Assembly (NCBI GenBank): GCA_965246715.1 | Contig: CBDFFH010000009.1 | Coordinates: 95,239-159,238 of the forward strand | DNA from: Chamaesiphon sp. | GTDB lineage: Bacteria > Cyanobacteriota > Cyanobacteriia > Cyanobacteriales > Chamaesiphonaceae | Reading direction: 5' to 3' | Length of the DNA stretch: 64,000 nucleotides | Part shown: positions 8,804 to 20,555 of the stretch, one piece after another | Layout of the letters: each line of letters opens with the position of its first letter | Numbering within the stretch: position 1 is the first letter of the stretch | Notes under the pieces: generated by a model | Databases searched by the model: none | What the model was told of the DNA's origin: nothing | What the model saw: only the letters and a program-made list of their open reading frames with translations | Translations under genes and position numbers: made by a program

Positions 8804-9736
8804 CTATTTCACTTGTGCTCGAATGAACGAACCAGGCAAACACCATAACTTCTTCGGGGTGCTGACATACGCGCGCCGATTGAACACATCATAGTCATTG
8901 CGCTCGATCGAGTCTAAAATCTGTTGGTAAAGCAATAAAGCTGCCCAAACAGGCCAGCGGACATCGGGACTGAGCCGACCGATCCCTCTTTCTGCTTGTT
9001 TGTAATATTTGCGGGCGCGTTGAATCTGAAACCGCATCAATTCTCGCCAGTTGTCATTGACAACTTTATTGATTAAATCTTGTTCGCTGTAGTTAAATAA
9101 GGCTAATTCATCTAGCGGTAAATAAATCCGTCCGCGCTCGGAATCCTCGCCGACATCGCGCAGAATATTAGTTAACTGTTTGGCAATGCCTAAGGCTACT
9201 GCTTCCTCGGTCGGAATCTGGATATTATTGCAGTTCCAGGGGGCGGTAAATTGACTGAGATCGACACCAACGATCGCATTGGACATTTGCCCGACTGTGC
9301 CCGCAACGCGATAGCAATAGAGCGATAATTCTTCAAAGCTCTCGTACCGATTCTTGAATAAATCCATTCTTTGTCCGGCAACCATATCTCGAAATGGTTG
9401 AATCTGCAAATCTGGAAATCTAGCGATCGTATCTACTAGCGCTACATCAAAGTTATCCGTTGGTTTACCCCTAAACATCGCTTCTAGTCGGCTTTCCCAA
9501 AGATCGAGTGTTGCGGGGGTCGTCCCCACTGCTTCGGCTCCATCTACCAACTCATCGATGTTCCGACACCAGGCATAGATTGCCCAAATCGCCCGCCGCT
9601 TGGGGACTGACATCAGTAGTGTCGCCAAATAAAAGGTTTTGCCGTATTCAGCAGTTATTTGACGACAGAGTTCGTATGATTCCTCGGTCGATGTTAGCAT
9701 TGTCACGATCGGTAGGGACTTTTCCAGTTGCAGCAT
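8804..9736 (-). CDS. crtB: Phytoene synthase
   Basis: YAWCRNIDELVD, YCYRVAGTVG, QLTNILRDVGED, GRIYLP; downstream of pds. Confidence 0.96.
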   Translation of the reverse strand: MLQLEKSLPIVTMLTSTEESYELCRQITAEYGKTFYLATLLMSVPKRRAIWAIYAWCRNIDELVDGAEAVGTTPATLDLWESRLEAMFRGKPTDNFDVALVDTIARFPDLQIQPFRDMVAGQRMDLFKNRYESFEELSLYCYRVAGTVGQMSNAIVGVDLSQFTAPWNCNNIQIPTEEAVALGIAKQLTNILRDVGEDSERGRIYLPLDELALFNYSEQDLINKVVNDNWRELMRFQIQRARKYYKQAERGIGRLSPDVRWPVWAALLLYQQILDSIERNDYDVFNRRAYVSTPKKLWCLPGSFIRAQVK

Positions 9737-9740
9737 TTAC

Positions 9741-9793
9741 GGGGGATAGGGATTAGGGGATAGGGATTAGGGGGTAGGGATTAGGGGGTAGGG
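9741..9793. repeat. STRR-type G-rich short tandem repeat (GGGATTA/GGGGATA units)
   Basis: ggggatagggattaggggatagggattagggggtagggattagggggtaggg; complementary C-rich units at about 9868-9893. Confidence 0.75.
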
Positions 9794-9892
9794 TGTTATT
9801 GGAACGTACAGCGCACGGCCAAAATCTACGCAACAGCTACGATTGATGGATTTATCTATTGTTACTATCCCCGATCCTCGATTCCCTATTCC

Positions 9893-11299
<1,407 letters not shown>

Positions 11300-11446
11300 T
11301 TATTAGTACTACCTCTATACAATCGATTTAGTGATTAATCCTTGTATATTATTTTAAGCATATTTGCATTTCTTTACAATTGAAATTTTTTGGCGGTAAT
11401 CGGGCATCAGTGGAGATAGCTTCTTTCGCACAGGAAAACATCATCA

Positions 11447-12019
11447 ATGGCATCATTTATCGGACATAGCTTGGCAGGATTGACCGCACATGCGATCGGC
11501 CAAAAATTACAGCCAAATAGCCAGGAGCGGATCTCTTGGCAGGCTCGGTTGTGGTTGATGAGGTTGGTAACGATCGCTTCGATTCCAGATCTCGATTATC
11601 TAATTCCGGCATTGAAGTTGCAACATGCAGGTCAAACATTGCGGATTACACATTCATTTTTGGGAGTGCTGTTACTCCCGATCGGTACGATTTTATCGCT
11701 CAGATTGACAGGTAGTTGGGGGAAATCTTTCGCTCTGAAGAGTTATCAATTAGTTGGAGTTGGACTAACGCATTTGTGCTTCGATTTGCTGACGGGAGTA
11801 TTTCCAGAACCGTTGTTTTATCCATTTAGCGAGCAAACTTTCAGACTGCCGTTTGAACTACTGCCGAGTGCTGGGAAAATTCAGCTAACTAACTATTTAT
11901 TTTATCGTAACCTGCTCATCGAGATGGGCGTAATGCTGCCACTGGCGCTGTGTTTATTTCTAAGTGTGAGTAATTCAGTAAAATCGAGCGCCGAGCGAGT
12001 ATTGCGATCGGAATATTAG
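11447..12019 (+). CDS. Membrane metal-dependent hydrolase (YdjM-like), C-terminus possibly frameshifted
   Basis: GHS, PDLD, THS and HLCFD motifs with hydrophobic segments. Confidence 0.7.
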   Translation: MASFIGHSLAGLTAHAIGQKLQPNSQERISWQARLWLMRLVTIASIPDLDYLIPALKLQHAGQTLRITHSFLGVLLLPIGTILSLRLTGSWGKSFALKSYQLVGVGLTHLCFDLLTGVFPEPLFYPFSEQTFRLPFELLPSAGKIQLTNYLFYRNLLIEMGVMLPLALCLFLSVSNSVKSSAERVLRSEY

Positions 12020-12211
12020 TTTCTAGTTGCTTGATGCTGTGGGCGGCTAGTTTGAGCCGATAGTCATCTAGTGCTGGTAGTTGAGAGATAATTTTTACCC
12101 TAAAGTTAAGATTTTATACTCGATCGGGAGCCTTATCAAAATTTAACCGGAATTTAGCTGAAATCTGATGTATATATAATTGAGAACATCTTTACATATC
12201 GAACTAACTAT

Positions 12212-13168
12212 ATGCGTACATCCGATCGTTTAGCAGCAATGTTGACAGGAACGGCGGTGGTCAGTGCCATTGTCATAACTATGCCCAGTTCTGCTAGCGC
12301 CCTTTCTGGTACACAAGTAAATGATATTGCGCGTGAAGTGACCGTACTCATTCGTGGGGAACAGGGGCATGGTTCCGGGGTAATTATTCAAAAAAGTGGG
12401 AACACTTACTATGTTTTGACGGCGGAACACGTAGTTAGAAAAAAAGACGATTTTAAACTCGTCACCGCAGATAAACAAGCCTATGCGGTAGATTACAGTC
12501 AGATTCAGAAGATAAATGGAGTCGATTTGGCGATCGTTAAATTTACGAGCGACAAAAATTATCAAGTTGCCAAAATGGGTACCGCCAAAACTAATGAGGG
12601 ACAAGATGTCTATGTATCGGGTTGGCCTTCTAATGGCGCAATCGGCGCTGCTGCGGGTGGTGAATTAATCAGACAGTTTACCAGCGGCAGTATTTCTGGT
12701 TTTCTGCCCAAACCGCTCAATGGCTACAGTATGATTTATACCAACGTCACTCGATCGGGGATGAGCGGTTGCCCGGTATTGGATACTGCGGGTAGATTAG
12801 TCGGGATTCACGGGATGGGAGACAAGGAAGATGCCCGTCAATTGATCGAATCTGGCTTGAGCCAGGAAGCAGCGATCGGGTTGGCTGCTAAAATCAAACC
12901 TGGGTTTAACTACGCGATCCCAATTAGCGTATTCCTCCAAAAATCTCAATCTGTCGGGATCGGTGCCAATTCACTCGCGATCGATAAATCCGCAGCCCCC
13001 GAAGCTGGTGCGCCATATGTTGCGAGCGCTCAAGTTGATTCCCGCGATAAAATCGATGATATCCGCGCGACACTCGGCACTGTCAAGAATGTAACTAATA
13101 CCGTCCGCGAAACTCGCGACACGATTCAAGATTTCCGGAATGTCATCAAGAATCCCTTCGGTTTCTAG
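12212..13168 (+). CDS. Secreted trypsin-like serine protease
   Basis: Signal peptide; triad motifs TAEH, DLA, GMSGCPV. Confidence 0.9.
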   Translation: MRTSDRLAAMLTGTAVVSAIVITMPSSASALSGTQVNDIAREVTVLIRGEQGHGSGVIIQKSGNTYYVLTAEHVVRKKDDFKLVTADKQAYAVDYSQIQKINGVDLAIVKFTSDKNYQVAKMGTAKTNEGQDVYVSGWPSNGAIGAAAGGELIRQFTSGSISGFLPKPLNGYSMIYTNVTRSGMSGCPVLDTAGRLVGIHGMGDKEDARQLIESGLSQEAAIGLAAKIKPGFNYAIPISVFLQKSQSVGIGANSLAIDKSAAPEAGAPYVASAQVDSRDKIDDIRATLGTVKNVTNTVRETRDTIQDFRNVIKNPFGF

Positions 13169-13187
13169 TTAAGAGTTAAATAACGAT

Positions 13188-13222
13188 GTGACCGCTCGGA
13201 GATTGCGATCTGCGAGCGGTTA
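13188..13222 (+). terminator. Hairpin after the protease gene (terminator candidate)
   Basis: ACCGCTCG...CGAGCGGT stem followed by a T-rich tract. Confidence 0.5.
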
Positions 13223-13281
13223 TTGTTTTATACTCGATCGAGGACAACTGCTCTGGGCTAGCGGGATTTAGTAGCATTAAC

Positions 13282-13557
13282 ATGAAAAACTTGGTTTTCT
13301 TCACCCTCATCATCATTCCAGGTTCGATCGGCGCGATACTTTCTGGCTATTGGGGATATGCTGATTGGATTAGACTCGCCGAAGCCGAACGCAATTTCCA
13401 ACAATTAGTGATTAGCAAAGCCAACCAACGAGAGTTATTTATTGCCGCTCATCGCGAAAATATCCATCGCCTCAATGTTGCTGCCGAAGGCGTTTGGATC
13501 GGGTTGGGACTAATTACAACTGGAATAGGATTAATCGGGATAATCGATAGAGAGTAG
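13282..13557 (+). CDS. Small two-TM hypothetical protein
   Basis: 91 aa with hydrophobic N- and C-terminal segments. Confidence 0.6.
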   Translation: MKNLVFFTLIIIPGSIGAILSGYWGYADWIRLAEAERNFQQLVISKANQRELFIAAHRENIHRLNVAAEGVWIGLGLITTGIGLIGIIDRE

Positions 13558-13652
13558 GGCAAGTTCTATGTCTTGATTCAGAGTTATTAGTTAGTAATTT
13601 ATATCCCCAAATAATCGCTATTCGCTAACCACTATTCACTAATTACTATCCT

Positions 13653-14231
13653 GTGCCGCAAGTTTCTTTAAATCAGTTAATTAATGCAGCTCAAGCTGGC
13701 GAGCTAATTAGTTTTCCTACCGATACAGTTCCGGCATTGGCGACACTTCCAGACCGCGCTGAATTAATCTTTCAAGCCAAACAGCGCAGTCAAGATAAGC
13801 CGTTGATTTTAATGGTAGGGGAAGTAGCAGACATATGGCAATTTACCAATGGAACCGATCGCGAGTTGGCGATTTGGCGCACGATTGCCGATCGATATTT
13901 ACCAGGTGCGCTGACATTAGTTTTACCAGCATCCGATCTCATTCCTGCTGTTATGAATCCACTGGAAAATAACACGATCGGTTTGCGAGTTCCGGCACAC
14001 GATTTGGCTCGATCGATCCTGCGGGAAACTGGTGCTTTAGCAACTACCAGTGCTAATTTATCTGGGCAGCCACCATTATTGACGATGGCAGAGATCGGTC
14101 GGTATTTTCCGCAAGTTGTTGTTTTAGATAACGATGGCGAGGCGCTCGATCGCGGACAACCTTCGACAGTTATAAAATGGCATGAATCTGGATGGCAATT
14201 ATTACGCCAAGGCGCGGTTGTATTTACATAA
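13653..14231 (+). CDS. tsaC: L-threonylcarbamoyladenylate synthase (YrdC/Sua5)
   Basis: FPTDTV, KQR..KPL, PGALT, TTSANLSG, LRQGA. Confidence 0.92.
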   Translation: MPQVSLNQLINAAQAGELISFPTDTVPALATLPDRAELIFQAKQRSQDKPLILMVGEVADIWQFTNGTDRELAIWRTIADRYLPGALTLVLPASDLIPAVMNPLENNTIGLRVPAHDLARSILRETGALATTSANLSGQPPLLTMAEIGRYFPQVVVLDNDGEALDRGQPSTVIKWHESGWQLLRQGAVVFT

Positions 14232-14241
14232 TTGTAAAATT

Positions 14242-14423
14242 GTAGGGTGGGCACTGCCCACAGCATCGATTTTGGTTATGCAAATAAATGTAATCTGCTC
14301 GTTAATATGGAGATGGATATTATCTCGATCGAGATAATAAATTCTATTCACTTATTGTTTGAAAACGGTTTAAATTCTGCTGCTGGGTATCGCGATTGAC
14401 GCTGTGGGCACTGCCCACCCTAC
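14242..14423. repeat. REPIN-like element, family A, copy 1 (inverted GTAG-REP doublet)
   Basis: GTAGGGTGGGCACTGCCCAC ... GTGGGCACTGCCCACCCTAC; 182 bp. Confidence 0.85.
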
Positions 14424-14810
14424 GGAATGAAATGACTTATCCATAAACCTGAAGCTGACCGAAAATATTTAGTCAAAACTGACAATACAAAACGTCAGGC
14501 TGATATAAATTCAATTATAACTGTTGGTAAAGTCGCACTCTTTTTTAAATTTGATTGGGGATTTCTCGCTCCATTAATTTCTCAATACATCAGGATAAAT
14601 CACCATAAAATTGACTATTATATTCGTGGTCTGGATTTCTACGATCGATATCTAGCTAAAAGTTGAGGAATGCTTGTCACCCCTTCAGCTTAGATTCTAC
14701 TGGTGGATATCGCGATTGACTGCTGCTCTAAAAAATAATATCATCAATATCAATTATATTTTCTTGATTGTTATTACTCTCAATATCTCAAAGATAAGAA
14801 TAGTAAAATT

Positions 14811-14992
14811 GTAGGGTGGGCACTGCCCACAGCATCGATTTTGGCTGTACAAATAAATGTAATTCGATCGTTAATATGGAGATGAATATTGTCTCGATCG
14901 AGGCAATAAATTCTATTCAACAATTATTTTAAAACGGTTTAAATTCTGCTGTTGGGTATCATGATTGATGCCGTGGGCAGTGCCCACCCTAC
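14811..14992. repeat. REPIN-like element, family A, copy 2
   Basis: Same ends and 182-bp length; spacer clearly homologous to copy 1. Confidence 0.85.
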
Positions 14993-15018
14993 AGAATAAA
15001 ATAACTGGATAATTTGGC

Positions 15019-15067
15019 AGTTCTCTAAAGAGAACTTTAGCTATTAGCCCCAAATTCATTTGAGGGC
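15019..15067. repeat. Solo half of REP family B
   Basis: AGTTCTCTAAAGAGAACT...AGCCCCAAATTCATTTGAGGGC, matching the units around the tnpA at 20556. Confidence 0.7.
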
Positions 15068-15335
15068 GGTGCAGAAACGAAGCTAGGAGTCATTAAGCAA
15101 AAATCCTTAACACCAACCAAATAATGCCATATGACCGATCGCTCATGTATAATTTCAGACAAATTGCCGATTGTGACAACCCATTACACTGCGCTAGGAT
15201 AGGCAGCATCGGACTGGCAACTGTAGTTAGTTTCTCGATACCAGTAAATTCTCAGTTCCGTAGATGAGCCGAAATTAGCTACAATGGGAGGCTGTGTCGT
15301 AAATCCACGATCGGTATTCAATTAGGAGGTATTTT

Positions 15336-15572
15336 ATGTCTCGCGTATGTCAACTGACAGGTAAAAGAGCCAACAACGCTATGGCTGTGTCTCACGCCCA
15401 CAACCGTACCAAAAAACTGCAACAAGTTAACTTGCAGTGGAAACGCGTCTGGTGGGCTGAGGGCAATCGCTTCGTCCGTCTGCGTCTATCTACCAAGGCA
15501 ATCAAAACCATCGAACTCAAAGGTTTAGTTGCAATGGCAAAGGCAGCAGGTGTCAACCTCAACAAATGCTAG
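15336..15572 (+). CDS. rpmB: 50S ribosomal protein L28
   Basis: [10 protein letters not shown]...[17 protein letters not shown] upstream. Confidence 0.97.
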   Translation: MSRVCQLTGKRANNAMAVSHAHNRTKKLQQVNLQWKRVWWAEGNRFVRLRLSTKAIKTIELKGLVAMAKAAGVNLNKC

Positions 15573-15620
15573 ATAACTAGATCCCCCGCTGGGGGTATCT
15601 GGCTGTCAGTTTCCGCCTTT

Positions 15621-16211
15621 ATGCTCCAGCCCCAGCGACTTCAATTATTGTCCGACGCTCCCAGAACCAAACGATATGTCATCAGCCGTTATCTGACCGC
15701 TGAAGCTGGCTTTACCATGTCCGAGGTGATTTTAGCCATTTTACTCGTTACTACCTTTGTTGCAGTTACTTTACAGGGGATGGCGATCGCAATGTTGCTC
15801 AAGTCGAAAACCTTGCAGCTAGCTGAAGCCAGTCGGTGGGTGCAAATGGATATCGAGAGCATTCGATCGAGCATCACTAGCAGCCACTTACCATTTGGCG
15901 CGAATCAGAACTTATGTCATCCGCACACAGCGGATTTAGGATTCGCCGATCTGATTAGAGATAATTTAGCTGGGGGAAATGTTACAGGGACTGCTGACTA
16001 TGATTTAGTGCCGTTGGTAACCACCAGTGTCACGAGCAAGACGTTTCAAATTGCTCGGAAGCTGAGTATCCCCACAACTCCAGAAAATGCTGATGCCAAA
16101 ATTATCGGCATTGAATATACCGTTAGCCCCAGTAATGGCGCTAATCTAGAGCAGCCAATTTTCCACTTTTATACTGAGGTAATGCCCGATGCTGCACTCC
16201 AATGTCAGTAA
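15621..16211 (+). CDS. Type IV minor pilin/pseudopilin (PilV-like)
   Basis: Prepilin site AG/FTMSEVILA plus hydrophobic helix. Confidence 0.8.
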   Translation: MLQPQRLQLLSDAPRTKRYVISRYLTAEAGFTMSEVILAILLVTTFVAVTLQGMAIAMLLKSKTLQLAEASRWVQMDIESIRSSITSSHLPFGANQNLCHPHTADLGFADLIRDNLAGGNVTGTADYDLVPLVTTSVTSKTFQIARKLSIPTTPENADAKIIGIEYTVSPSNGANLEQPIFHFYTEVMPDAALQCQ

Positions 16212-16680
16212 AGATCGTGGCTTTACTTTAATGGAATCATTAATCGTACTCGCGATCGTCGGGATTTTATTGGCGATGGGGATTCCGAGCCTACTCGCCG
16301 CTCAAAATCGGGCTAAGTTGGCACAATCCACAGATATGGTAGTAGCCAGTCTGCAAGAATCGCAGCGCGAAGCCATTCGTCGCAATAAAAGTTGCATTCT
16401 CACTTTAGATAAAGTTAATAACAAAATTGTCGGCGATGATGGCTGTTTATTAACTGGAAATCGTCAGTTACCAGATGCGATCGATCTCGACTATACAGGT
16501 GCCGATGGTAATATTCGCTATGGAATTCGGGGTAATACGACCAATAATAAGTCTGTAATTTTAAAGGTTAAAGATAGTCCAACTAATTCACGCTGTTTGA
16601 CTGTTTCGGCACCGTTGGGAATTATTCGCTTGGGTAGTTACGATGCAGGGACTAATGCATGTCGGAAGCTGAGTAATTAA
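16189..16680 (+). CDS. Type IV minor pilin (FimT/FimU-like)
   Basis: RG/FTLMESLIVLAIVGIL. Confidence 0.85.
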   Translation: MLHSNVSKDRGFTLMESLIVLAIVGILLAMGIPSLLAAQNRAKLAQSTDMVVASLQESQREAIRRNKSCILTLDKVNNKIVGDDGCLLTGNRQLPDAIDLDYTGADGNIRYGIRGNTTNNKSVILKVKDSPTNSRCLTVSAPLGIIRLGSYDAGTNACRKLSN

Positions 16681-16806
16681 TGAGATCGTGTCAATAGCCA
16701 TTTGACATAATTATACATCATCGATCGATCGATTAATTCAGATAAATTACAATTTCTACAAATATTATATAAACGTATAATATTTAGAAATCTAGTAAAT
16801 ATTGAG

Positions 16807-18162
16807 ATGAATATCGGCAGAGCGGGGTCGAAGTTGCGATCGAAATACGATCTAGCAGTCGTTAGAATTCGCCATAATTTGCGCGGTTCGCATCAGTCAC
16901 AAGCTGGCTTCACCATGCCTTTGGCACTGGGGATGGGATTGATGATGATAATTGTCGCAGCTAGCATCATCGGACGCTCGCAAAGCGATCGAACGACCAC
17001 TAATTTCCAAAAAGAAAGTCATCGAGCATTAAATGTCTCTGAAGCTGGCATCGTCAGAGTCCAATCGTTTCTCGATCGCCACAAATTTTTAGCAACTAAA
17101 AATTTAAATACTTGGGTAAATACACTCGATCTATTACCATCTACTCAGGCAGGATGTGGATCGATTAATTTTACACAGGCAAGACAACAAGCACAATTAT
17201 TTGAAAATGGTAACTGGCTCGATCTCGATGCTACCAATCCTAAGAAAGGCCGTTATAAAATAATCGATTATCAATATCAAAATGGCAGCGCTAAATTAAC
17301 TATTGCCAGCGAGATCGCTCCTTATAATAGTACTCAAAATAGTTCTGGTAGTAGACTGCTCGTAGAAATTCCGATCGGGAGTGAGTCCGCGAATATTTCA
17401 CCACCAGCATTATGGGCGAATACATTCAATCTCAGCTCGGCTCAAAAAATTACTGGACAAATTAGAGCGGTGACTTGTCCGTTACCACCACTGAGCGATC
17501 CTGATGGTGTGGTAGGAGTAGACCAAAGTAATCTTAACCTCATTAGTGGATTACCGATTGGCAAGATTATCGCCGATCCATTTACTGCAATTCCGCTGCC
17601 TAAAGTTGCACCCACTACAGCAATTTTAATCCCGGCAATTACCAGTTCGATTCAATTTCCGCGAATTGGATTTACCGATTTGCCCGATGCGAATAATGAA
17701 TATCATTATTTAGTAGATATCGATAGTCTGAGTTCTGGATATTCGATTAAATTGCAGGATATCGATACGCTCAAAATTAATGTGTTACCCAACCATAAAG
17801 TCAATCTTTATCTCAAGGGTAATATCGCGCTAGCTGGCAGTCAGACGATCGGTGTCGATCCGACTCATCCTAATCTCCGCATCTATGGTAGCAGCCAAAC
17901 GACCAAATTAACGATTAAAAATAATGCAGCGATTACGGCATTTATCCATGCACCGCTAGCCGATGCTCAAAGTCTTAGTGCCACTCCCAGCCTCGGTAGT
18001 GGGATCAGAGGGGCAATCTGGGTCAAAAGTTGGGACTCGGTTACAAGTGCGAACGATCTGCCGATTATTCAAACAGGCACTTGGGCAGATTTGGGCTTGA
18101 AAAAAGTAGAACAACCACCCCAACTCAGTCCGATTAGTTATTGGCATCGATTAGAAAATTAA
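16807..18162 (+). CDS. Large minor pilin (PilX-like)
   Basis: AG/FTMPLAL without Glu5, typical of PilX/GspK-type subunits; ALNVSEAGI. Confidence 0.75.
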   Translation: MNIGRAGSKLRSKYDLAVVRIRHNLRGSHQSQAGFTMPLALGMGLMMIIVAASIIGRSQSDRTTTNFQKESHRALNVSEAGIVRVQSFLDRHKFLATKNLNTWVNTLDLLPSTQAGCGSINFTQARQQAQLFENGNWLDLDATNPKKGRYKIIDYQYQNGSAKLTIASEIAPYNSTQNSSGSRLLVEIPIGSESANISPPALWANTFNLSSAQKITGQIRAVTCPLPPLSDPDGVVGVDQSNLNLISGLPIGKIIADPFTAIPLPKVAPTTAILIPAITSSIQFPRIGFTDLPDANNEYHYLVDIDSLSSGYSIKLQDIDTLKINVLPNHKVNLYLKGNIALAGSQTIGVDPTHPNLRIYGSSQTTKLTIKNNAAITAFIHAPLADAQSLSATPSLGSGIRGAIWVKSWDSVTSANDLPIIQTGTWADLGLKKVEQPPQLSPISYWHRLEN

Positions 18163-18935
18163 TAGTTACTAGCAACTTAACACTCGAACTAAAGTTATTG
18201 ATATGTATGCAGTTATTTAATATGAAGAAGTGCCAGCACGATCGAGGATTTACCTTAGTTGAATTGTTAGCAGCATTAACAATTACGGGATTGGTGCTTA
18301 GCTTGGCTGGCAGCGGTTTATATAACCTAATGAAAGCGAACGAACGCAATCAAGCAGAGATAACAGAGCGATTGGAACTCGAACAAGCATTAGCTTTTAT
18401 GACGGATGAGATCGGCATGTCGCAACAAGTTGCCACTAATATTCCGACTCCACCAGCGAATATCACTGGTTTTCAAGCAGCATCCGGTGCCAGTAACATC
18501 CAACCTATTTTAGTCCTGAGTCCCCCTGCAACTAGTAGACTAGACAAACCGATCGTGTATTATTTAGCCGATCCGCCCAATAGTAGTGTCTGGCTGGGGC
18601 CGAGAGTTATTTATCGTTGGGGGCCGACACTGCTCCAAAATGGTAATTATAGCGATGGTAATGGGGTGGAAGCGGCGACACTGGCACCGGGTTCGCCAGT
18701 ATCATATTATAACGAGGTAGTAGTCGATCGGATGAGCGATGTCGCTCCAGCTTCAGCCAATATTCCCTGTGAGACTAGTTATAGTTATGCTACACCTGTG
18801 TTGACTAATCGTTTGGGTTTTTATGCTTGTGTCGCACCCGATCGCAAGTCGGTGAAGTTATGGATGTATAAACAGCCAAATTCATCCGGTCGAACTCAAT
18901 CTATTAATGCTTTAGTATTAACTCGCAGTAATTAA
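18141..18935 (+). CDS. Type IV minor pilin (PilW-like); true start probably downstream
   Basis: RG/FTLVELLAAL. Confidence 0.8.
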   Translation: MASIRKLIVTSNLTLELKLLICMQLFNMKKCQHDRGFTLVELLAALTITGLVLSLAGSGLYNLMKANERNQAEITERLELEQALAFMTDEIGMSQQVATNIPTPPANITGFQAASGASNIQPILVLSPPATSRLDKPIVYYLADPPNSSVWLGPRVIYRWGPTLLQNGNYSDGNGVEAATLAPGSPVSYYNEVVVDRMSDVAPASANIPCETSYSYATPVLTNRLGFYACVAPDRKSVKLWMYKQPNSSGRTQSINALVLTRSN

Positions 18936-19078
18936 TCGGGAGTATACCACTCGATCGAATCCAGCAGGAGAATTGTGATTTTGGAACAGCGTCTCGCTCT
19001 CGATTGACTTAGATTGCTGTTGTAGATAGCAAGCTATTAGGGAACACTCATTGTATCCGCCAATTTCTCAGTTTTACC

Positions 19079-20071
19079 ATGTTGCAACCCAAGCCTAGTG
19101 AAGATGATGCCATTTTAGGTGGACAAACTCCACCACCTATAGATGCTGCTGTTTTAGGTGGTGGTATTGTTGGAGCAAAATTACAAATAGCAAATGAATG
19201 GGGAATGAGTTATGAATTAGTAAATAGATTGAGCCAGACTCATCAAATATTTAGCTTTGAAACAGTAAAGGTTAGTGAGTTTGGAGAGATTGTTCAACGC
19301 ACAAAAAAATCTGCATTTTATTACACAGAAAATATCGGAAATGAGATCGCATTAGATATGGTATACGTTCCGTCGGGAAGCTATATAATGGGTTCGCCAG
19401 CAAGGAAGAGTGATGATGACGATAACAACGAGATAATTAGCTATCGAGAAACCCCTCAGAGGTTAGTTAATATCCCCGCTTTTTACATGGCAAAGCATCT
19501 AACTACTCAAGAACAATATCAAGCTATAATGGCAGAGAATCCATCTAAATTTAGAGGTAATAAACGTCCCGTAGAACAAGTTGATTGGTCTAAAGCAAGA
19601 CAATATTGTAATAACTTAAAACAAAGGACTAACAAAAAATATGTTCTACCTAGTGAAAGTCAGTGGGAATATGCCTGTAGAGCTGGAACGGATACATTGT
19701 TTTATTGTGGTGATATAATAACTAACGATTTAGCTAATTACAATAGCAAATTCAGTTGTAACAATCAACAACTAGGAGTGAATATACCACAAACAACCGA
19801 CGTAGATAAGTTTCCGCCTAACAGCTTTGGTTTGTATGATGTACATGGAAATGTATCAGAATGGTGTGCAGATTTACGGAGTACAACTTATCAAAATGCG
19901 CCGACAGAGGTACATGAAGATAGTTGGTGGTCTGTGTGGAATAGAGGCGATCGTATGTTACGAGGTGGTTCTTGGTTTAGTGGGTTAGATGATTGTCGTT
20001 CAGCCTCTCGAACTAGTGGGTTTCAAATTCCTAGCCATGTAGGATTTCGAGTTGCGTGTCTTTTAGAATGA
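19079..20071 (+). CDS. FGE-sulfatase (SUMF1) domain protein
   Basis: LPSESQWEYACRAG, NSFGLYDVHGNVSEW, RGGSW, GFRV. Confidence 0.9.
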   Translation: MLQPKPSEDDAILGGQTPPPIDAAVLGGGIVGAKLQIANEWGMSYELVNRLSQTHQIFSFETVKVSEFGEIVQRTKKSAFYYTENIGNEIALDMVYVPSGSYIMGSPARKSDDDDNNEIISYRETPQRLVNIPAFYMAKHLTTQEQYQAIMAENPSKFRGNKRPVEQVDWSKARQYCNNLKQRTNKKYVLPSESQWEYACRAGTDTLFYCGDIITNDLANYNSKFSCNNQQLGVNIPQTTDVDKFPPNSFGLYDVHGNVSEWCADLRSTTYQNAPTEVHEDSWWSVWNRGDRMLRGGSWFSGLDDCRSASRTSGFQIPSHVGFRVACLLE

Positions 20072-20162
20072 ACAAATTAGACAGATAGAACAATCGTGAT
20101 ACTGTTTCCTTGACGATCGGGCACAATAAAATAACCGAAGCAATCCCAAATCTCAAATCCCC

Positions 20163-20276
20163 ATGCTTCCCCCCAGCAATCAAGAAATCGTCGATCGACT
20201 AGACCTCATGCTGCGGGCGCGGTATCTGTTGATTTATATCGTCGGTGCCGAAGAAGAACCGATCTATTTTCCCTAG
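20163..20276 (+). pseudogene. Orphan copy of the first about 34 codons of the Ycf46-like ATPase
   Basis: MLPPSNQEIVDRLDLMLRARYLLIYIVGAEEEPI-YFP* versus MSFPPSHQEIVEKIDLMLRARYPLIYIVGAEEEPI at 21400. Confidence 0.85.
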
Positions 20277-20286
20277 CACGATCGAT

Positions 20287-20425
20287 ATCCGCGCTGAAAT
20301 GGAATTTCGCGCTCATAGCTAAAGTTATCTGAAGATAACTACACAGATCTCTAGAGTTCGTGTCAACGAACTTATGCTCTCAGCCCCAAATTCATTTGAG
20401 GGCTTGGATCTATGCTAAATTCTAG
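20287..20425. repeat. REPIN-like unit, family B (upstream of tnpA)
   Basis: Four hairpins: GCGCTGAAATGGAATTTCGCGC, AGTTATCTGAAGATAACT, AGTTCGTGTCAACGAACT, GCCCCAAATTCATTTGAGGGC. Confidence 0.85.
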
Positions 20426-20555
20426 CAGTTATTAGCGAGATCGACTGCAATGGGACATGCCCACGATCGCCTTATCCAAATCCAATTTCAAATAATTTGT
20501 TAACATTCGATCGAATCTTGGGCATATTAACAAACGAAATGCCAATATTTTATAC

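Noticed and set aside
9741..9793. Telomere-like or G-quadruplex element
   Set aside because: Explained by ordinary cyanobacterial STRR repeats; no evidence of a separate function.
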